The position numbers were made by a program, and so were the translations under genes. A stretch of DNA of 27,288 nucleotides from the NCBI GenBank assembly GCA_043809065.1, contig JAZDEE010000102.1:1-27288 (forward strand). The letters are read 5' to 3'. The stretch is from Candidatus Omnitrophota bacterium. Lineage in GTDB: Bacteria > Omnitrophota > Gorgyraeia > JAFGHF01 > JAZDEE01. Position 1 is the stretch's first letter; each line of letters begins with the position of its first letter. Of the stretch, positions 22,855-27,288 are shown piece by piece. The notes beneath the pieces are model-generated. The model was given only the letters and a program-made list of their open reading frames with translations, had not been told where the DNA came from and searched no databases.

Positions 22855-25800
22855 CAATCATGGCCTTCCTTCATAATTTTTTCATTATGCATTAAATTAT
22901 CGCATTCTTTCCGGCAGCCGATTTCTTTAAAATAAGCGTCTTCTTTAGACAAGTATTTCGCCTTGGCCCGGAATTCATTATATCGCGGGGAAAACCATAA
23001 GTTTTCAAACGAGTCCCGGTTAATATTACCCATTATCTTCTTTACCCCCCGGCAACAAGGCGCGACGCTGCCATCCGCCAATATCCGGGCAAAGGTCCAT
23101 CCCGCGTAACAAGGAATGCTGTCTATAACTGTCCGGTCATATTCTCCTTTGGCTAACCCTTCCGCTGGTTGAGACAGCCTTCTTAGAAATCCGGTAAAAA
23201 ACTCTAAACGCATATTGTCTTTTTTACTTCTCTCTTCTATCATTAAAGCGTCTTGGCGCAGTTGTTCCCGCTGGACACTATTCAGGAGAAATCTGTCGGT
23301 TTGCCCGGGCATAACATCCACCAGAGTAAAATAAAGCGCGTCCGCGCTGTATGACAAAGCAAACTCATACATATCCTGGATACCTTGAGCATTGATATTC
23401 ATAATTACGTTGGCCAGGGTCAGCCGCGGTTTGTCCCTTTTTATTTCCTTCAGGTAACGCAGATTATCGCATATCCGCGCGAAATAGCCGGGAGCTGCTC
23501 CCGGATGAACCGCGCAATATCCCCGGCTATCGGCCGCCCAGATACTGACGCATAATTCTTCCAGGCCTAAATTCACTAATCTCCGGATATCCTGCGGAGA
23601 AACCAGTCCAAAATTTGTAGTCAGCTCCACCAACAGCCCTTTTTTGCCGGCATATTCCATAATCTCCAGGAGGCCCTTGTGCATAAACGGTTCTCCTCCG
23701 CCGGTAAAACGGATTCTTTTTGTCCCCAGAGAAACCAAATCGTCGATTAGTTTGTATACTATATCTTTGGACAGCTCTTTCTGCAGCCATTCATGAGCGG
23801 ATTTTGTCTCTTTCAGAAAAGGAGAGTGCAGCCAACAGGCTACGCAGCGCAAATCGCATTTATTGGTCAGGTCAATGACTACCTGTTCCGGGCCGGTAAA
23901 AGCCCGGCGTCCGTGAACAATACCGGCGATTAACGGACTGCCGCGGTGATATTTCTGATATCCCTCTTTCCGGGTGCTCAGGCGCCGGACAATTTTAAGA
24001 TATTTAGCGGCCGTCTTAAGCAAGGCCCTCTCCGGAAGACTTAACATCGTCTTGCGGCTATGCATCCAGGTATTTCTGCCGATATCGTCGCAGCTTTTAT
24101 AACAGCCGGCTTCTTTGATTCCGGCATCGTTGCCGATAAGCCTAAAAAAAGGGTCGTTTTTTTGGTAAACCAGGGTCTTCTTACGGAAATTTGCCTGCCG
24201 GGAAGAATTCCATATCTCCGAAAACCTGTCCGAATATAATGACCCGGTAGGAATCCTATGCGCCTTTAAACAAGAATGCACTTCACCATTAGGGATAATC
24301 CGGGCAAAAAGCCAGCCGATATAACAAGGCATCCGGTCAATGATATTACGGTCATATTTGGCCTGCCGCGCGTCGGAAGATACTGAAATCCTGCGCAAAA
24401 ATTGGTCGAATTGAAAAATCAACACATTTTTGTCTTTCAATCTCCGGCAGTTATCCAGCCGGGATTCAATATTCCGGCACGATTTCCTTAACTCAGCAAG
24501 CTGTTCTTCATTCAACAGGAGAGCATCTGTGGCCCCGGGAATAGTATCCACTAAAGTAAACTCCACCGACTCCGACTTGGTTTCCTGGGCAAAATCGAGC
24601 ATTTGCTCTACCTCAAAATAATTCATATTAAAGAGGACATTGTAGAGTTTAATAAAAGGCTTGTTTTTTTTATGTGTATTCAGGTAAAGTAAATTATCTT
24701 TTAACCTGTAAAAATCTTCTTTTGTTCTGTTGCAGTGAGTCGCGACGTAAGTTTCTGCCCGCGCCGCCCAGGCGCTTACCGTAAGAAAATCCACTCCTAT
24801 ATCCACCAGGTAATCTAAACGTTCTTTATCCAGCAAGGTAAAGTTAGTATTCACGTGGCAGGTTAACCCTTTCTTCTTGCTGTATGCTAAAACATCCATA
24901 ATCTGCGGATGCATAAACGGTTCGCCGCTGCCGGAATAATAAATCTCCGCCGCCCCCATCCGGCGCAGTTCATCAAGCAGTTCCTTAACCATACCCAAAG
25001 GCAGGTATTGTTTTTTCTGCTCTTCGGACAATTTCTTTTCTTTTAACAGCGGCGAATTACACCAACAGGCAATACAGGCATTATTGCAATTATTAGTCAA
25101 ATCTATCTGCACGTGAAACGGGCCTTTATATCCGTATTCTCCATCGTAAATCCCCAGCATCTCTATATATCTGGCTTTAAAATTTTTTCGTAAACCGGAC
25201 AAAATTTTGGCCAGTGTAGGTTTTACCCCCCTTAAAGACACGCTCCTGCTGATCGCCGCCCAATAATTATGTTGGTTACGCTTTACTATAAACTTCGCCT
25301 GGGATCCTTCCGGAACAAAACTAAACGCCTCGATATGCGGGATATAGCCCCGGCTATACAAGCGCATATTATGTCTGCCCCTATTCAGCTCAATAGCGGC
25401 CTCCTTAAACCACTGGACATATTGGCTTGTCCATCCTCCCGTGCTGCTGCCCAAGGCGTTTTTCTTCAGCAATATCCCGTCAATATATATCTCCACGGGA
25501 CGAAACAGCCCGCTGGCATATTTAGCATAAAATACATATTTTTGATGCTCCGCCGCAAAAAACTCATATTCCGCCTGAGCCCAGCCCGCGCCTCCATCGA
25601 CAACTAAACCTTCCCCAAAATTGACGTCCCGCGCGTTCAAGTTTCCTGCTTTAAATTCCCGGGCTTTAATAAGAATGGCCCCTTCCGTCTTGCGGTCTCT
25701 TTTTTGTTCGTCCAGCCTTTGAAACAACTCTAAATTCATTCCCCGGTTATCGCAGCTTCGGACACAATTTATTTCCGCGAAACAGGCATTGTTTTTAGGC

Positions 25801-27134
25801 AGATTCCTGGCGTTAAATCTAAACTCTTGATACGCCGGGGAATTCCAGATCGCGAAGAAGGCCTCCCGGAATATATTTCCCAAAGAACTCCCGGAGGCCT
25901 TACAACAGGGAATCACATCGCCACTGGTGAGCACCCGCGCGTAATACCAGCCGATATAACAGGGAGAATGGATAATCTCCTGTTCGTAAATTCCTTTTTC
26001 TATATCAGGAGAAAGGCACCTGCGAATAAAAGAGCCAGCGCCCAAAATATTCATCAAGCGGACAGTCAATCTTCCGTCCGGTAAACAACGCGCGTTTTCC
26101 GCGCATCCTTTACATTGACTACTGGGAAAATTATATAAAAAAGCGCCCGGCCGCGTGCTCTGCGAGGGGTTGCCCGCTGAGCCGGCAATGATTTCATTTT
26201 CGATACGATAACCCTTTGGGCATACTAAAGCAGCGCAGGCCTTTTCTACTTTAAACCCGAGGATCGCGTTTTTCCAAATCTTACCAATACCGGCAATTTC
26301 CTCCGCGGAAAATTCAGTTAAAGGCGTATCGGAAGCAAACCCAAAGGAAACCATATCCTGCCGTTTTTGCAGCGTTTGGAATTGGCCAAGGACTTCGTTT
26401 AAATTGGCAGCGCTAAGCGCTAAATGATCGGTTTTACCCGGTATTGTATCTATAATTTGAAACTCCAGGGAATCCGCGTCGGCCTCTTTAGCGAATTCCG
26501 CCATTTCTTCGATATGGTTATAGTTACCGCGGCAAACCACATTGTAGATTTTCAAGTGCGGCAGACAAGAATGTTGTTTATTTTTATAAAAAACCAATCC
26601 GGCTAAATTAGCTTTTATATTTTCAAAATCTTCCTTTTGCTTGCCCGGATGCGTATCGCTATACCCCTGAGCGCTGCCTGCCCACATACTAACGGTAAGC
26701 AAATCTACCTTATATTCAAGGATAAACCGCGCCATTTCCTCGTTAATCAGGGCGGCGTTGGTAATGATGGTCAAATACATCTGCCGCTCCTTGATTGCGG
26801 CGATAACTTCTCTTATGGCCGGATATAAGAATGGTTCTCCGGATCCCGAAAGAATGATTTCCCGTGTTCCCCCTTTGTGCAATTCTCCAATAAGCTTCTT
26901 TACTAATTCTAAAGGAAGCTCTTTTTTCCCCCGAGGGAAAGCCTGTTTGCTGTCCACAAGCGGAGAATGCACCCAGCAGCCAATGCAGGAGTTATTACAT
27001 CTGTCGGTCAAATCTATCTGCACAGTATGCGGACCGCAAAATGCCTGCCGGCCATTCTCTATGCCCTTAAAAATCTTCGGCCAAATATCCGCGGTTGGCG
27101 GTTGGCGGTTGGCGGTTGGCGGTTTAGGATTCAT
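22854..27134 (-). CDS. 1426-aa protein: three tandem radical SAM + SPASM-like units with an internal CBM6/35-like domain
   Basis: CxxxCxxC at aa 46 (CNNSCIGC), 683 (CNNACIAC) and 1093 (CDLRCVAC), each followed by a G[SG]GEPF motif and a PCY[IA]GW...G-x-V-x-x-C...C-x3-CD region. A jelly-roll-like segment at about aa 486-606 contains AEYEF, YAS, RPVEIYIDG, TGGW, GRH, PHIE. Confidence 0.92.
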   Translation of the reverse strand: MNPKPPTANRQPPTADIWPKIFKGIENGRQAFCGPHTVQIDLTDRCNNSCIGCWVHSPLVDSKQAFPRGKKELPLELVKKLIGELHKGGTREIILSGSGEPFLYPAIREVIAAIKERQMYLTIITNAALINEEMARFILEYKVDLLTVSMWAGSAQGYSDTHPGKQKEDFENIKANLAGLVFYKNKQHSCLPHLKIYNVVCRGNYNHIEEMAEFAKEADADSLEFQIIDTIPGKTDHLALSAANLNEVLGQFQTLQKRQDMVSFGFASDTPLTEFSAEEIAGIGKIWKNAILGFKVEKACAALVCPKGYRIENEIIAGSAGNPSQSTRPGAFLYNFPSSQCKGCAENARCLPDGRLTVRLMNILGAGSFIRRCLSPDIEKGIYEQEIIHSPCYIGWYYARVLTSGDVIPCCKASGSSLGNIFREAFFAIWNSPAYQEFRFNARNLPKNNACFAEINCVRSCDNRGMNLELFQRLDEQKRDRKTEGAILIKAREFKAGNLNARDVNFGEGLVVDGGAGWAQAEYEFFAAEHQKYVFYAKYASGLFRPVEIYIDGILLKKNALGSSTGGWTSQYVQWFKEAAIELNRGRHNMRLYSRGYIPHIEAFSFVPEGSQAKFIVKRNQHNYWAAISRSVSLRGVKPTLAKILSGLRKNFKARYIEMLGIYDGEYGYKGPFHVQIDLTNNCNNACIACWCNSPLLKEKKLSEEQKKQYLPLGMVKELLDELRRMGAAEIYYSGSGEPFMHPQIMDVLAYSKKKGLTCHVNTNFTLLDKERLDYLVDIGVDFLTVSAWAARAETYVATHCNRTKEDFYRLKDNLLYLNTHKKNKPFIKLYNVLFNMNYFEVEQMLDFAQETKSESVEFTLVDTIPGATDALLLNEEQLAELRKSCRNIESRLDNCRRLKDKNVLIFQFDQFLRRISVSSDARQAKYDRNIIDRMPCYIGWLFARIIPNGEVHSCLKAHRIPTGSLYSDRFSEIWNSSRQANFRKKTLVYQKNDPFFRLIGNDAGIKEAGCYKSCDDIGRNTWMHSRKTMLSLPERALLKTAAKYLKIVRRLSTRKEGYQKYHRGSPLIAGIVHGRRAFTGPEQVVIDLTNKCDLRCVACWLHSPFLKETKSAHEWLQKELSKDIVYKLIDDLVSLGTKRIRFTGGGEPFMHKGLLEIMEYAGKKGLLVELTTNFGLVSPQDIRRLVNLGLEELCVSIWAADSRGYCAVHPGAAPGYFARICDNLRYLKEIKRDKPRLTLANVIMNINAQGIQDMYEFALSYSADALYFTLVDVMPGQTDRFLLNSVQREQLRQDALMIEERSKKDNMRLEFFTGFLRRLSQPAEGLAKGEYDRTVIDSIPCYAGWTFARILADGSVAPCCRGVKKIMGNINRDSFENLWFSPRYNEFRAKAKYLSKEDAYFKEIGCRKECDNLMHNEKIMKEGHD
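27090..27124. repeat. Heptamer microsatellite (GGCGGTT) x5 just inside the start of the giant radical SAM gene
   Basis: cgcggtt ggcggtt ggcggtt ggcggtt ggcggtt; on the coding strand it begins 10 nt after the A of the ATG at 27134. Confidence 0.9.
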
Positions 27135-27288
27135 TATACTCTGCTTCCTATGTACCTGATATTATCTATGGAATACTTTGCTGTCTTTTTTAAAGCTGCG
27201 GCAGGGCCTGAATGCCGCCAACAATAAAAGAAGTGGTGGAGATTACCCTTTATTCCTCTTTGCTTATTCTGGTGCCGGGCCCACCTGC
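27134..27288 (-). CDS. 3' end of an upstream gene (partial, unknown product)
   Basis: Open frame from the window edge (RWARHQNK...KYSIDNIRYIGSRV) ending in a TAA that overlaps the next ATG (TAATG coupling). Confidence 0.5.
   Translation of the reverse strand, partial: RWARHQNKQRGIKGNLHHFFYCWRHSGPAAALKKTAKYSIDNIRYIGSRV

Noticed and set aside
419-27227. All plus-strand ORFs in the track, plus short minus-strand ones nested in larger genes (648-839, 8122-8325, 14889-15161, 20905-21126, 21814-21999, 23527-23790)
   Set aside because: They are antisense or out-of-frame shadows of well-supported genes, with no recognizable motifs. The plus-strand ORFs at 21870-22103 and 22530-22751 are largely translated repeats.

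Overview
A 27.3-kb bacterial chromosomal segment in which every supportable gene lies on the minus strand and reads normally in the standard code. The gene families (a YYPSPYG-motif secreted protein, DUF4416, many radical-SAM/glycosyltransferase genes) suggest an anaerobe such as Ca. Omnitrophota; that assignment is inference only. In transcription order (right to left) it holds: (1) a glycan-modification locus with a 1426-aa triple radical-SAM/SPASM protein carrying an internal carbohydrate-binding module, a secreted NPCBM protein, a membrane-anchored radical-SAM protein, a GT4 glycosyltransferase and an SGNH enzyme frameshifted at an A9 run; (2) pyrF, a small-ORF/nucleotidyltransferase pair, two secreted unknowns, DUF4416, mannose-1-P guanylyltransferase and PMM/PGM; (3) a signal-peptide-bearing nucleoside deaminase bracketed by 72-bp repeats; (4) Nfu, TauE/DsbD_2-like, yggS, inositol monophosphatase, a Cys-rich miniprotein and def; (5) an orphan lipoprotein whose mature sequence follows the bacterial gasdermin pattern, which is the top finding; (6) a ZTP-riboswitch-led one-carbon cluster (purH, folE, a minimal core methionine-synthase-like gene, fhs, cyclohydrolase). 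The intergenic spaces contain several palindromic repeat families, including a three-level nested element. No rRNA, tRNA, CRISPR array or transposase was seen. All family assignments come from motif recognition by eye and from memory; no search was run.
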